Source: Candidatus Adlerbacteria bacterium (GTDB lineage: Bacteria; Patescibacteriota; Minisyncoccia; Phycocordibacterales; SBAW01). From it: 64,000 bases of DNA. A program made the translations under genes and the position numbers. Numbering within the stretch: the first letter of the stretch is position 1; every line of letters starts with the position of its first letter. A model generated the notes under the pieces. The model was not told the origin of the DNA and made no database searches. It saw nothing but the letters and a program-made list of their open reading frames with translations. Location of the stretch: contig CAVVLG010000003.1 in NCBI GenBank assembly GCA_963749085.1, positions 219,380 through 283,379 of the forward strand, read 5' to 3'. Shown one piece after another: positions 1 to 9,466 of the stretch.

Positions 1-69
1 CGGGATGGGAGAATCGAACTCCCAACTACAGTTTGGAAAACTGTCATTTTACCACTAAACTAATCCCGC
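1..69 (-). tRNA. tRNA-Gly (anticodon TCC); 3' end is cut by the window edge
   Basis: The reverse complement reads GCGGGATTAGTTTAGTGGTAAAATGACAG-TTTTCCAAA-CTGTAGTTGGGAGTTCGATTCTCCCATCCCG. This folds as a cloverleaf with a GTTCGATTC T-loop and a 7-nt anticodon loop TTTCCAA. Confidence 0.8.
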
Positions 70-88
70 CTTCGTACTCGAGTATACT

Positions 89-1237
89 TTGTATATGGGC
101 TTTTTCAATTCACTGCCGTACAAGTTACATACGCTTATAGCAAGCCTCATACTACTCGCACACGTGCTTGCCGGAATACTAACCGGAACTATTTTCTTTC
201 AGGCCCTCCCTCCCTCCCCAACGGCTACTTCCTCGCTTGTCGTTTCGACTCAATCGACAAGCTCAATGGTGAGCTCCCCTCACAAACCTTCAGCCACTCC
301 CCCGCCGATCGTGAAGACGGTTCCAATCTATGTGACAGCACCCCTGAGTACGTCTCAGACGCCGGTAACCCCCACAATTTCTCCTGAAGCTTTAAACACG
401 CAGACGCGTGCGGCGTTGGTAAATATCCTCTGTACCACTCAAGGAGGAGGTTATTTCGAACCTATAAGCGGCAGCGGCGTGTTCATCGATACCCGCGGCG
501 TTATCCTCACCAATGCGCATGTGGCGCAGTACTTTTTGTTGCAAAATTATCCGGACCCAAACGATATCAGCTGTGTTATTAGGACCGGCAGCCCGGCGCA
601 AGCGATGTATTATGCGCGCCTTATATACTTGCCGCCGGTATGGGTGAGCGCCAACGCAAGCCAAATAATATCCTCGGACCCTATGGGCACCGGGCAGAAC
701 GATTATGCGTTTCTCCTTGTTACTACATCCACCGACCCAAATGGTTCGCTTCCCTCTTCATTCCCTTCTGTTCCACTGACTGTGAATACTCCCAACCCGG
801 GAGACCAAGTACTTTTGGCGGCATACCCGGCGGCACTGGTTGGAGGTGAGGAAATTCAAACCAATTTGTATATAAGCTCGGCCTTTTCGCAGGTAGAGCA
901 ACTGTTTACCTTCAGCACTACCTCCTCCTCGCAGGTAGATTTGGTATCGCTTGCCCCTACAATCGTCTCCCAAAGTGGTTCCTCCGGCGGTGCGGTTGTG
1001 AATACTGATGGCGCATTGGTCGGCATTATCACAACCCAAACGACTGGCACTACTACAGCAGATAGAGAGTTACGAGCAATAACCATTTCACAGATAGACA
1101 GAAGTTTAGGTGTAGAAGGTCAAGGAGGTCTCGCAGGCTTGCTGTCTCAAAACCTAGTTGCTGAGGCCAATGCATTTGCGAACACAACTGCACTAAGCGA
1201 GGAACAGAGTCTTATTGATGTATTGCCAACGCAATAG
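89..1237 (+). CDS. Membrane-anchored trypsin-like (S1/HtrA-like) serine protease with an N-terminal TM segment and a Pro/Ser/Thr-rich linker
   Basis: The N-terminus is hydrophobic. The His motif TNAHV, the Asp region and the catalytic Ser motif GSSGGAVV (GDSGG-like) are present. No PDZ domain is evident. Confidence 0.7.
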   Translation: MYMGFFNSLPYKLHTLIASLILLAHVLAGILTGTIFFQALPPSPTATSSLVVSTQSTSSMVSSPHKPSATPPPIVKTVPIYVTAPLSTSQTPVTPTISPEALNTQTRAALVNILCTTQGGGYFEPISGSGVFIDTRGVILTNAHVAQYFLLQNYPDPNDISCVIRTGSPAQAMYYARLIYLPPVWVSANASQIISSDPMGTGQNDYAFLLVTTSTDPNGSLPSSFPSVPLTVNTPNPGDQVLLAAYPAALVGGEEIQTNLYISSAFSQVEQLFTFSTTSSSQVDLVSLAPTIVSQSGSSGGAVVNTDGALVGIITTQTTGTTTADRELRAITISQIDRSLGVEGQGGLAGLLSQNLVAEANAFANTTALSEEQSLIDVLPTQ

Positions 1238-2075
1238 ATTTTTCCCCTTCCCACCGCGCGAAGATACCGCAGGGCAGGAGACGCTCACTCCCCTTTTCTT
1301 CTATCGTTAAATCCCCATATTCGAGACTTCCGCCAAATTTTTTCTGGAGAAACTTCAAATTGTATGCAAACGCGAGGGGTGAATAGCCGGCGGCATAACC
1401 ATTTATCAATAAAAATAAGGGTTTTTCGGACAATAGTTGACTACATAATTTAACCAACTCAATAAAATCCTCCTCTATCTTCCATAATTCTTTCTTAGGC
1501 CCGTGACCGAATGCCGGCGGATCCATGATGATAGCGTCATATGTGCTTCCACGTTTGATTTCACGCTTCACGAACAAAAGAGTGTCTTCGACTATCCATC
1601 GAATGGGCTTATCAGACATGCCGGAGGTCATGGCATTTTCGCGGGCCCATGCTACGGCGGTTTTTGACGCATCTACATGCGTCACCGAGGCCCCTGCCTG
1701 GGCTGCTGCCAGGGTGGCCCCGCCTGTGTAGGCAAAAAGATTGAGTATTGAGGGAGCAGAAGCCCCGTGAGAGATAATCTCCCGTACCCAGTCCCAATTG
1801 GGGAGTTGTTCGGGAAAGAGCCCCGTGTGTTTAAAGGACGTGGGTTTGATAATGAACTGCAAGCCGCCGAATTTTATCTGCCATTCTTTCGGCAAATGTT
1901 TCGCCCGCCACTCCCCTTCTCTGCCTTCCCTCACATACCTTCCATCGGCCTTCTGCCACTCAGCAGGCAGTAATCTCCTCTCCCACAGAGCCTGCGGATC
2001 GGGACGAGCGAGGGTATATGTACCATACCTCTCAAGCTTTTCTTCCCCACCAGAGTCAAGAAGTTCGTAGTCCAT
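1212..2075 (-). CDS. Class I SAM-dependent methyltransferase (RlmI/YccW-like rRNA m5C methyltransferase family)
   Basis: The N-terminus MDYELLDSGGEEKLERYG, the FAYTGGATLAAAQAGA SAM-binding segment and the IIMDPPAFG catalytic motif are present. The ORF extends to 2108; the likely start is the internal Met at 2075. Confidence 0.65.
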   Translation of the reverse strand: MDYELLDSGGEEKLERYGTYTLARPDPQALWERRLLPAEWQKADGRYVREGREGEWRAKHLPKEWQIKFGGLQFIIKPTSFKHTGLFPEQLPNWDWVREIISHGASAPSILNLFAYTGGATLAAAQAGASVTHVDASKTAVAWARENAMTSGMSDKPIRWIVEDTLLFVKREIKRGSTYDAIIMDPPAFGHGPKKELWKIEEDFIELVKLCSQLLSEKPLFLLINGYAAGYSPLAFAYNLKFLQKKFGGSLEYGDLTIEEKGSERLLPCGIFARWEGEKSIALAIHQ

Positions 2076-2489
2076 AGAGGACTTGGTGCTAAGGGTAATT
2101 CTTTCCATATTATTTATTATGTTGGTCGGGCCGCCCAGAATCGGACTGGGTCATCTTGCTCCCAAAGCAAGCGTACTACCGGTATACGACGGCCCGCGAA
2201 CAAAGCCACTTTATCATGCGACCTTACTGCGTCCTATAGATACTATTGTCAGATATGTCAGATATCGCCTTCAAGGTCTACTTCTCTTGGTTCACGTGAA
2301 AACATGGCTAAAAGCTTCACGTGAAACTCTACTCATAGATAAAAAACAATGAGACAATAGACTTTCTGGCTCTTTCTACTTCAATCTGTCAGTATCTTTA
2401 ATGTCACCTTAGAAACATAAAGGACATGTCCTTTATCCACATTTCCCCAGAGTTATCCACAAAAACTGTCCTTAAAACCTCCATTTCTG

Positions 2490-2560
2490 TGCGGATAGGG
2501 GGAATCGAACCCCCACCTCGTCCTTGGCAAGGACGCGTCCTACCATTAAACAATATCCGC
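2490..2560 (-). tRNA. tRNA-Gly (anticodon GCC)
   Basis: The reverse complement reads GCGGATATTGTTTAATGGTAGGACGCGTCC-TTGCCAA-GGACGAGGTGGGGGTTCGATTCCCCCTATCCGCA. The anticodon loop is TTGCCAA and there is a T-loop. CCA is not encoded. Confidence 0.75.
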
Positions 2561-2590
2561 TTTTTAAACTTGGGCCACTATAACACAATC

Positions 2591-2665
2591 GGGTGCGCCC
2601 GGCAGGATTCGAACCCACAACAACTGCTTCGAAGGCAGTGATGATATCCATTTCACCACGGGCGC
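2591..2665 (-). tRNA. tRNA-Arg (anticodon TCG)
   Basis: The reverse complement reads GCGCCCGTGGTGAAATGGATATCATCACTGC-CTTCGAA-GCAGTTGTTGTGGGTTCGAATCCTGCCGGGCGCA. The anticodon stem-loop carries TCG. CCA is not encoded. Confidence 0.75.
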
Positions 2666-2702
2666 CTGCGCCTAGGGAGGCCGAGCATGCTAGAATTGTG
2701 CC

Positions 2703-4178
2703 ATGAATTTAAGGCCTGAACAAATTCCTCAGGAGGTCCTACATATCACCCAGATGCTTCAAAAAAAAGGTTACGAGGCATGGATAGTGGGCGGATGTGT
2801 AAGGGATCTGCTCTTAGGCCGGGTGCCCAAAGATTGGGATGTAACTACTAACGCCACGCCTGAAGAGATACAGGGTATGTTTGAAAATACCTTCTATACC
2901 AACGAATATGGAACCGTGGGAGTAGTAACTGAAGGTGCGACCGATAAGACACTTAAGGTAGTAGAGGTCACGCCGTACCGAATAGAAGGGAAGTACACTG
3001 ATGCAAGGCGTCCAGATAGCCTTATTTTTAGCCATAAAATAGAGGATGACCTTAAAAGACGCGATTTCACCATAAACGCAATGTCCTTTAATCCCGCCAA
3101 TGGTAAGCTTCTTGACCTTTATGACGGTCTAAAGGACATCAAGTCAGGCGTCATCCGCGCAGTGGGGAACCCCCAGGAGCGATTTTCAGAGGATGCACTG
3201 CGTATTTTGAGGGCAATACGCATAGCGGCGGAGCTCAATTTCTCCATAGAAGAAGAGACTAAACGGGCAATAGCTAAAAATGCGTTGCAATTGGAGAAGA
3301 TCTCCAAAGAGCGTATCCGCGATGAGTTCGTAAGGATAATTAACTCTCCCAAACCCATGAAGGCGCTCACCCTGGCGCACGAGCTTGGGCTTCTGAAGGA
3401 CATATCTTCAGAGCTTGAGCAGGGCATAGGGGTGGAACAAAATCAGGCCCACTCCTACGATGTCTTTGAGCATAATATGCGCTCCCTGCAGCATGCCGCG
3501 GACAAGGATTGGGATTTCCCTGTCCGTCTGGCGGCCCTTTTTCATGATGTAGGCAAACCAAAAGCCCGCCGGTGGTCGGAGGAGAAGAAGGATTGGACAT
3601 TTCACGGCCACGAGGTCGTGGGGGCGAAAATCACACAAAAAGTGCTTGAAAAGCTAAAATTTCCACGTGAAACGATAGACCAAGTAACCTCATTAGTCCG
3701 CTGGCACATGTTCTTTAGTGACCCAGATAAGGTCACTCTTTCTGCCGTGCGTCGCATTATCGTCAATGTAGGGAAGGAGAACATAGAGGACCTCATACGA
3801 TTGCGTATTTGCGATCGCATAGGGACGGGGAGACCGAAGGAGCAGCCGTTCCGCCTACGGAAGTATCATTCGATGATAGAACAGGCGCTCAGAGACCCTA
3901 TCTCTGTTTCAATGCTCTCCATAAATGGCAGGCGTCTGATGGACGTTACACGTGAAAGTCCCGGGCCACGCCTGGGTTGGATGCTTCATGCACTACTTGA
4001 AGAGGTTTTGGATGACCCTGCAAAAAATTCGAGCGATTATCTAGAGCAAAAATCGAAAGAACTTTCCAAATTGTCCGATGCTGAACTTAAGAAAATAGGG
4101 GAGGAGGGAAAGGAACGCAAGAGTGAAGCTGAGGAAGACAGCATAAAGGAGATACGTAAAAAACACTATGTGGAATAA
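2703..4178 (+). CDS. cca: CCA-adding tRNA nucleotidyltransferase with C-terminal HD domain
   Basis: The Pol-beta nucleotidyltransferase head motif is GGCVRDLLLG...DWD. The HD motif is LFHDVGK within HSYDVFEHN...H..D. Length is 491 aa. It sits next to tRNAs that lack an encoded CCA. Confidence 0.85.
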   Translation: MNLRPEQIPQEVLHITQMLQKKGYEAWIVGGCVRDLLLGRVPKDWDVTTNATPEEIQGMFENTFYTNEYGTVGVVTEGATDKTLKVVEVTPYRIEGKYTDARRPDSLIFSHKIEDDLKRRDFTINAMSFNPANGKLLDLYDGLKDIKSGVIRAVGNPQERFSEDALRILRAIRIAAELNFSIEEETKRAIAKNALQLEKISKERIRDEFVRIINSPKPMKALTLAHELGLLKDISSELEQGIGVEQNQAHSYDVFEHNMRSLQHAADKDWDFPVRLAALFHDVGKPKARRWSEEKKDWTFHGHEVVGAKITQKVLEKLKFPRETIDQVTSLVRWHMFFSDPDKVTLSAVRRIIVNVGKENIEDLIRLRICDRIGTGRPKEQPFRLRKYHSMIEQALRDPISVSMLSINGRRLMDVTRESPGPRLGWMLHALLEEVLDDPAKNSSDYLEQKSKELSKLSDAELKKIGEEGKERKSEAEEDSIKEIRKKHYVE

Positions 4179-4496
4179 GGATTATTTGGATTGTGTCCTT
4201 TATCCACAGTTATTGTCCTTTACAATGTCTTTTATATCCGTATAGTTACTGCAGACTAGTTGTTTACTAAATCATTCTGCCCTGTATGAATTGGTAGCAG
4301 CACCTGTTCTTTGTGTGCGCTGCAGCATTAGGGTCATATCATTAATTCATTGTCACCCGGACATTGGTGTGGAAATCTCTCAATTTGCTCTAAATTTTTG
4401 GATTAAAACACACTTAAAATATCTGGCAGAACCAAAAGGTTCCTAGTTGATGATATTCCGACCCAAACCCCGATCACTCTTGGTCGGGGTTTTGTA

Positions 4497-5306
4497 TTAC
4501 TTGAGTTCCAATACCACTGGGCAGTGGTCAGAGCCCATAACCTTTGGGAGGATCGTAGCCGATTTGAGGCGAGAAAGGAGCGTTTTGGAGACGAAAAAAT
4601 AGTCAATACGCCAGCCGACGTTTCGGGCTCTGGCATTGGCGAAGTGTGTCCACCAGGTGTAGTGACCGTTGCCCTTAGGGGTGAAGCGGCGGAAGGTGTC
4701 TATAAAGCCCGCAGCAATTATCTTATCTATACCCTCGCGTTCTTCCTTGGTAAACCCATGCTCGCCTTCGTTTTGCTTGGGGTTGGCGAGATCCTCGTAC
4801 GTATGGGCAACATTGAGGTCGCCACAAAAAATAACCGGTTTCTTCTTCTCTAGTTGTTTCATATACGCCAAAAAAGCCGGGTCCCATCTCTTATGGCGAA
4901 AGGAGAGGCGGGCCAAATCGGGTTTGGCGTTTGGGGTATAGCAATCTACCACGTAAAAATCATCGAGTTCGATCGCAAGAACACGGCCTTCGGCGTTGGC
5001 ATCGCCGAAGCTGTCGGAAAGGTCAAATTTTTTGCAAATATTCTCAGGCAAGCCTAGTAAAAGCTTGTGAACTTTAGGTTTGAGGATGGTTTTAACGAAT
5101 ATAGCTGTACCCGCATAGCCCTTTTTACGCGTTGACGAATTCCAATATTCCTCATACTCCTTCAAATCGATAACCGCTTGCCCTTTTTCGGCTTTGGTTT
5201 CCTGCAAACACAGAATATCTGGCTTGTAGTGCTGAATGAATGGCAGAAAAAGATCTTTGTTATGCACTCCCCGTATACCGTTGACGTTCCAGGAGATCAG
5301 CTTCAT
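4497..5306 (-). CDS. xth: Exodeoxyribonuclease III / AP endonuclease (Xth family)
   Basis: The N-terminus MKLISWNVNGIRG, the motif LCLQETK and the C-terminal GSDHCPVVLEL are present. The ORF extends upstream to 5447; the likely start is the Met at 5306. Confidence 0.85.
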   Translation of the reverse strand: MKLISWNVNGIRGVHNKDLFLPFIQHYKPDILCLQETKAEKGQAVIDLKEYEEYWNSSTRKKGYAGTAIFVKTILKPKVHKLLLGLPENICKKFDLSDSFGDANAEGRVLAIELDDFYVVDCYTPNAKPDLARLSFRHKRWDPAFLAYMKQLEKKKPVIFCGDLNVAHTYEDLANPKQNEGEHGFTKEEREGIDKIIAAGFIDTFRRFTPKGNGHYTWWTHFANARARNVGWRIDYFFVSKTLLSRLKSATILPKVMGSDHCPVVLELK

Positions 5307-5385
5307 TTTTTCAGGATAACATAACGCGCCAAAATGCCGATTTTTAGCGCATACTGCTATTGGGAGGGTTTTAGGAGGGACCCCT

Positions 5386-5580
5386 ATGAACAAAAAACCC
5401 GACTTGCGCCTAGTGAAGGGAGAGGAGGGGCAGCCCGGAGAGCCCACACCTGCAGCGCAGGAGGAGCCTGAGTACGGCAGCTATGCCTATTTTCTCATCC
5501 TTACGAACGGGGACCGGAAAGCGGCAGAGGAAGCCTATGCGGAGTTTCTCCAGTGGGACGTTCCACAACCCTATCAATAA
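5386..5580 (+). CDS. Small hypothetical protein (64 aa)
   Basis: An AGGAGGGA Shine-Dalgarno lies 7 nt upstream of the ATG. A GACGCG...CGCGTC hairpin plus T5 terminator (5585-5621) lies directly downstream. Confidence 0.4.
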   Translation: MNKKPDLRLVKGEEGQPGEPTPAAQEEPEYGSYAYFLILTNGDRKAAEEAYAEFLQWDVPQPYQ

Positions 5581-5616
5581 GGCTGACGCGGTTCATAGGT
5601 TGTGAATCGCGTCTTT

Positions 5617-6588
5617 TTATTTCCTTCTCTTGCCGTGGAAGTTTTTGTGAACCTCTCTCAAATGTTTGTCGGTAATGTGGGTATAGACCTGTGTGGTTGA
5701 GATATTTGAGTGTCCTAACAATGCTTGCACGGAGCGCAAATCGGCACCGTTCTCAAGCAAGTCGGTGGCGAAGGAATGACGGATAACATGTGGTGTAACT
5801 TTGCGCGTGATGCCAGCTTTGGTGGCGTAGTGCTTAACGATACGCTCGACTGAGCGGGGCGTGAGCCGCCGATCCTTAGAATTTTTTGCGTTCTTGCCCA
5901 TTTGCACGAATAACGCGTCATCGATATCACCGCGCTTATCCAAATATTCTTTTGTGGCCTTTTTGGCGGTGGGGGAGAGAAAGACGACACGAACCTTCTC
6001 GCCCTTACCGCGGATGGAAAATTCATCCCTAGAAAGGTCAATGTCACGGTCGAGCGAGCAGAGCTCGGAGACCCGTAAACCAGTACTAAATAGAAGTTCC
6101 ATAATCGCCTTGTCGCGCAACGAAGCGAGAGCGGTGTTTTTGTCTTTGCTGCTTGAAGTTGCATTTGGTCCATCCATGAGTCGCCCGAGTTCATTGCTCG
6201 AAATAAGGTCAAGATCCCGCGCGCCAACTTTGGCGAGCTCTATTCTTTCGGGGTTAAGCGACTCAATCCCTCGTTTGCGCATATATTTGAGGAATGCGCG
6301 CAGTGCAATGAGGTAATAATTCTGGGTTTTGTGCTTCATAGTGCCCGCCACACCCTCTTGGCGGTTGAGATGCAGGCGAAACTCGCGTATGAGGTTTTCC
6401 GTGAGCTTCCCCGGCGAATTTATTTTTGCGTATGCGAAAAATCGAGTGAGATAGCGGTCATAGTTCTCGACCGTCTTTACACTGCGGCCTTTTTCTATCT
6501 CCAAATATTCCAAAAACTGGGTCTTGAGTTCTTTTAGATCCACCACACTCCAAGTGTCGCACAATTTTATTTTGACCGCTATACGCAA
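5617..6588 (-). CDS. Tyrosine site-specific recombinase (XerC/XerD family)
   Basis: The C-terminal catalytic region is RHSFATDLLENGADLRSVQALLGHSNISTTQVYTHI. The N-terminal core-binding domain is FLEYLEIEKGRSVKTVENY. Confidence 0.85.
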   Translation of the reverse strand: MRIAVKIKLCDTWSVVDLKELKTQFLEYLEIEKGRSVKTVENYDRYLTRFFAYAKINSPGKLTENLIREFRLHLNRQEGVAGTMKHKTQNYYLIALRAFLKYMRKRGIESLNPERIELAKVGARDLDLISSNELGRLMDGPNATSSSKDKNTALASLRDKAIMELLFSTGLRVSELCSLDRDIDLSRDEFSIRGKGEKVRVVFLSPTAKKATKEYLDKRGDIDDALFVQMGKNAKNSKDRRLTPRSVERIVKHYATKAGITRKVTPHVIRHSFATDLLENGADLRSVQALLGHSNISTTQVYTHITDKHLREVHKNFHGKRRK

Positions 6589-6739
6589 AAAATACCGGCA
6601 GACAAAATAGGTCCTGCTTAGACACGCCGCACAAAGGAGCTCGTAATCTACTCAGGGGATTGGAAGTGACATATCGAGCTATACAGCTCTGCGGATAAGC
6701 AGGCTAATACATTTCCCTACCGAGTCTAGAACCCTACGG

Positions 6740-8341
6740 TTATTGGGAGTATACCCATTCACCCCGCTGACAGTGGAGCGCTGTTGTGCTCCCATTATCC
6801 ACAAAGTTAAGAAAACCACCGTTTGATGTAGTAGCGCCATTGCCCTGAACAACGACCCCAAATGGTAAGGTTGGCGTGGCACAACTCCCACTCCCCGTGG
6901 TAGTGGCCGAGGATGGCCAGGTGGACTGCATCGGCACTGTCATTGAAGATACCCATGACGGCATTCCTGACGGCATTCCTGACGGCATTCCTGACGGCAT
7001 TCCTGACGGCATTCCTGACGGCATTCCTGACGGCATTCCTGACGGCATTCCTGACGGCATTCCTGACGGCATTCCTGACGGCATTCCTGACGGCATTCCT
7101 GACGGCATTCCTGACGCAGGAATAGGAGTGGAAACGGTTGAAGATGCCATCTTCCACGTGCCAGCATTGCAGACAGGAGTCGGCCAGTTCGTACTCTGGG
7201 TTGTCGAGCCGTTGGTAAAGTACGGCTGGAAAGATACGCTTCCACCATTTGGTATCTGGATATTGCCCCAAGGCGTCGTGCACATATCACTCGAAGAGGG
7301 GATACTAGCGCCAGTGAACCACTGAGAAAACGAGTGACGTGTTCTGGGTCCGAAGACACCCAGACCGGTCGTGGTGGCGCTTCCACCAGAGACAATACCG
7401 TTCGCTATTTGCCAGCGGCCCACCGCAGCCGCAGTAAGCGGGCCAAAATAGCCGGTCACCAATCCCTGGGGGTATATGTTTGTGTCTTGGGAAAGCGCCT
7501 CTTGCAGACACGACACATCTGGACCAGTCGAACCTATCGACAACGAAGTCGTGAAGTCACAGGAGATAGTGGAAGTGACGGTGCTGGTAGTTATCGGAAC
7601 AGTAGTTATACCCGTCGCATTGATCGTAAGTGTCTCAGAGCCAGAGACACCACTACCGTCATTGGCGGTTGCGGTGATAGTGACCTGGCCTGCCGCAACG
7701 CCGGAAACCAGGCCATTGCTGTCGACGGTCGCCACAGAGGTGCTGCTCGAGCTCCACGTCACGGTATTGTTTGTGGCATCGTCAGGCAAAACAGTTGCTG
7801 TGAACTGATCGGTGTCGCCAACAGTAAGGGTGCCGCTGTCGGCAGCGGTGACGGTGATGCTGGTGACCGCAATGTCGGGCGCCGCAATGATGGTGGAACC
7901 GGTGGTGGAGGGCGGCTCTACGACGATGATGCCGGAGCATGAGGCAGAGCCAGCGGAATTGGTGACGCTCAGATTAACGGTGACGGTCTGGTTAGTGCTA
8001 TCGGTGTTTGTAAACGTGCCGGTGGTAGCAGTGCCAGAGGAGGAGGGGGTGAAGCTGGAGTCGTCTGGGCCTGAGCTTTCGCTCACGCCCGAAGGCAGCG
8101 TGTAGGTAAGCGCGGCGCTGGTTGGAGCATTCGTGGTGGTATAGGTGACGGTGGCCGAGGAGCCACTGGTAGTTGGCGAAGAAATGGAGGGGATGGAACA
8201 AGACGGAGAAGAAGGGGAAGTATAGTTAACCGACTGTGCTTGTACGAGTAGGGGAGCAAAACCGCACAAAAGAACGAGCACACCAATAATACTAAAGGCG
8301 ATCGAAAAATTAGTTTTCTTCATGATTTTAGTATAAAACAT
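6740..8341 (-). CDS. Secreted surface protein with Big_2 (bacterial Ig-like) domain, peptidoglycan-binding-like domain and (SGMP)14 tandem repeat
   Basis: A signal peptide [31 protein letters not shown] is present. The Big_2-like segment is [34 protein letters not shown]. The PG_binding_1-like segment is [21 protein letters not shown] 12-bp x13 DNA repeat encodes SGMP repeats. Confidence 0.7.
   Translation of the reverse strand: MFYTKIMKKTNFSIAFSIIGVLVLLCGFAPLLVQAQSVNYTSPSSPSCSIPSISSPTTSGSSATVTYTTTNAPTSAALTYTLPSGVSESSGPDDSSFTPSSSGTATTGTFTNTDSTNQTVTVNLSVTNSAGSASCSGIIVVEPPSTTGSTIIAAPDIAVTSITVTAADSGTLTVGDTDQFTATVLPDDATNNTVTWSSSSTSVATVDSNGLVSGVAAGQVTITATANDGSGVSGSETLTINATGITTVPITTSTVTSTISCDFTTSLSIGSTGPDVSCLQEALSQDTNIYPQGLVTGYFGPLTAAAVGRWQIANGIVSGGSATTTGLGVFGPRTRHSFSQWFTGASIPSSSDMCTTPWGNIQIPNGGSVSFQPYFTNGSTTQSTNWPTPVCNAGTWKMASSTVSTPIPASGMPSGMPSGMPSGMPSGMPSGMPSGMPSGMPSGMPSGMPSGMPSGMPSGMPSWVSSMTVPMQSTWPSSATTTGSGSCATPTLPFGVVVQGNGATTSNGGFLNFVDNGSTTALHCQRGEWVYSQ
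6957..7112. repeat. Perfect tandem repeat of the 12-bp unit GACGGCATTCCT, 13 copies, in-frame inside the CDS 6740-8341
   Basis: Read directly in the sequence. No mismatches between copies. Confidence 0.95.
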
Positions 8342-8441
8342 CCTCTTCGGGAGAAAAAGAAGTTATGCACATTTATGAAATTGGACTTGCTACCCATGCC
8401 TGCCCTTGCGGAACATATCGAGATGTGCTACCATACTGCCT

Positions 8442-8708
8442 ATGCTGACCAAGCGAAAGAAAGAAAAGATAATCAAGGCATCCGGCATCCATGAAAAGGA
8501 TACCGGCTCTCCCGAGGTTCAAATCTCCCTTTTATCGAAGCAAATAGACGAACTTGCGTCACATTTGAAGAAACATCTGAAGGATAAGCATTCGCGCCGC
8601 GGCCTTTTGCAGATGGTCGCCGATCGCCGCACGCATTTGAAATACCTCGAGGGCAAAGACAAGAAGCGCTACAACGCTATCGTCAAAAAGCTTGATTTGA
8701 AGAGATAA
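8442..8708 (+). CDS. rpsO: 30S ribosomal protein S15
   Basis: The sequence MLTKRKKEKIIKASGIHEKDTGSPEVQISLLSKQIDELASHLKKHLKDKHSRRGLLQMVADRRTHLKYL is a canonical S15 sequence. Confidence 0.9.
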   Translation: MLTKRKKEKIIKASGIHEKDTGSPEVQISLLSKQIDELASHLKKHLKDKHSRRGLLQMVADRRTHLKYLEGKDKKRYNAIVKKLDLKR

Positions 8709-8806
8709 ACGAACCTTGGTTCACTCTTTTTTCGTATATACTTAGGTAAGGTCTATTTTGTTTGCGGTCAGCAGTTCCATTTTAAAAAGTTAATTGTTCA
8801 TTTTTT

Positions 8807-9448
8807 ATGGCTATCATAAAACATAAGAGCCAGCGTGTCGGCATTTTTATAGACACGCAAAATCTCTATCACAGCGCCAAGAATCTCTACAAAGCAAAGG
8901 TAAATTTCGGCCAGGTGGTCAAAGAAGCGCTCGCCGGCCGCGTCCTTATCCGCGCGGTCGCCTACGTCATACGCACCGAGTCCGAGGAGGAGAAGGGCTT
9001 TTTTGAAGCGCTTAACAAGCTCGGGATCGAAACCAAGGTCAAAGATATCCGCATTTTCGCCGGCGGAGCAAAAAAGGCTGACTGGGACATCGGCATGGCT
9101 ATAGACGCTATCGCCATGGCGCAGAAACTCGACACTATCATACTCGCGACCGGTGATGGTGATTTTGTGCCGCTTGTCGAATACTTGCGCTACACGCATG
9201 GTGTCCAGGTGGAAGTCATCTCCTTCGGTAAATCATCCTCGGGTCAGCTCAAAGAAGTAGTGGATGACTTTATCGACATGTGTGAAAATCCCCGCAACTT
9301 CCTGCTCGGCTACCGAGGAGGCCCTGGGCGCGGTTGGATACCAGGCTTCTCTTCGTCCAATGAGCACCAGGATGAGAGCACTGACAACCAGCCACTCTAC
9401 AAAGAAGATGGCGGGGAAGATCCGGCAATTTCGATGTCAGGGGAATAA
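8807..9448 (+). CDS. NYN-domain (LabA/DUF88-like) predicted ribonuclease with disordered C-terminal tail
   Basis: The N-terminus VGIFIDTQNLYHSAKNL and the acidic motif ILATGDGDFVPLVEYLR are typical of NYN/LabA proteins. Confidence 0.7.
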   Translation: MAIIKHKSQRVGIFIDTQNLYHSAKNLYKAKVNFGQVVKEALAGRVLIRAVAYVIRTESEEEKGFFEALNKLGIETKVKDIRIFAGGAKKADWDIGMAIDAIAMAQKLDTIILATGDGDFVPLVEYLRYTHGVQVEVISFGKSSSGQLKEVVDDFIDMCENPRNFLLGYRGGPGRGWIPGFSSSNEHQDESTDNQPLYKEDGGEDPAISMSGE

Positions 9449-9466
9449 GCCAGAGTTCACATCTGC

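Noticed and set aside
6795-6803. Perfect DnaA box TTATCCACA inside the surface-protein CDS.
   Set aside because: It is a single isolated 9-mer within coding sequence and is consistent with chance. It is mentioned only as part of the strand-biased box count.
6957-7112. Possible CRISPR array, given the regular short repeats.
   Set aside because: The units are contiguous 12-mers with no spacers, are in-frame coding sequence, and no cas genes are nearby.
6807-7395. Four overlapping ORFs on both strands (6807-7283, 6876-7325, 6913-7125, 6940-7395) with striking repeat peptides (VRNA, DGIP, FLTA, ECRQ).
   Set aside because: All are alternative-frame readings of the same 12-bp tandem repeat inside the real 533-aa surface-protein gene. 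They are artefacts of the repeat.
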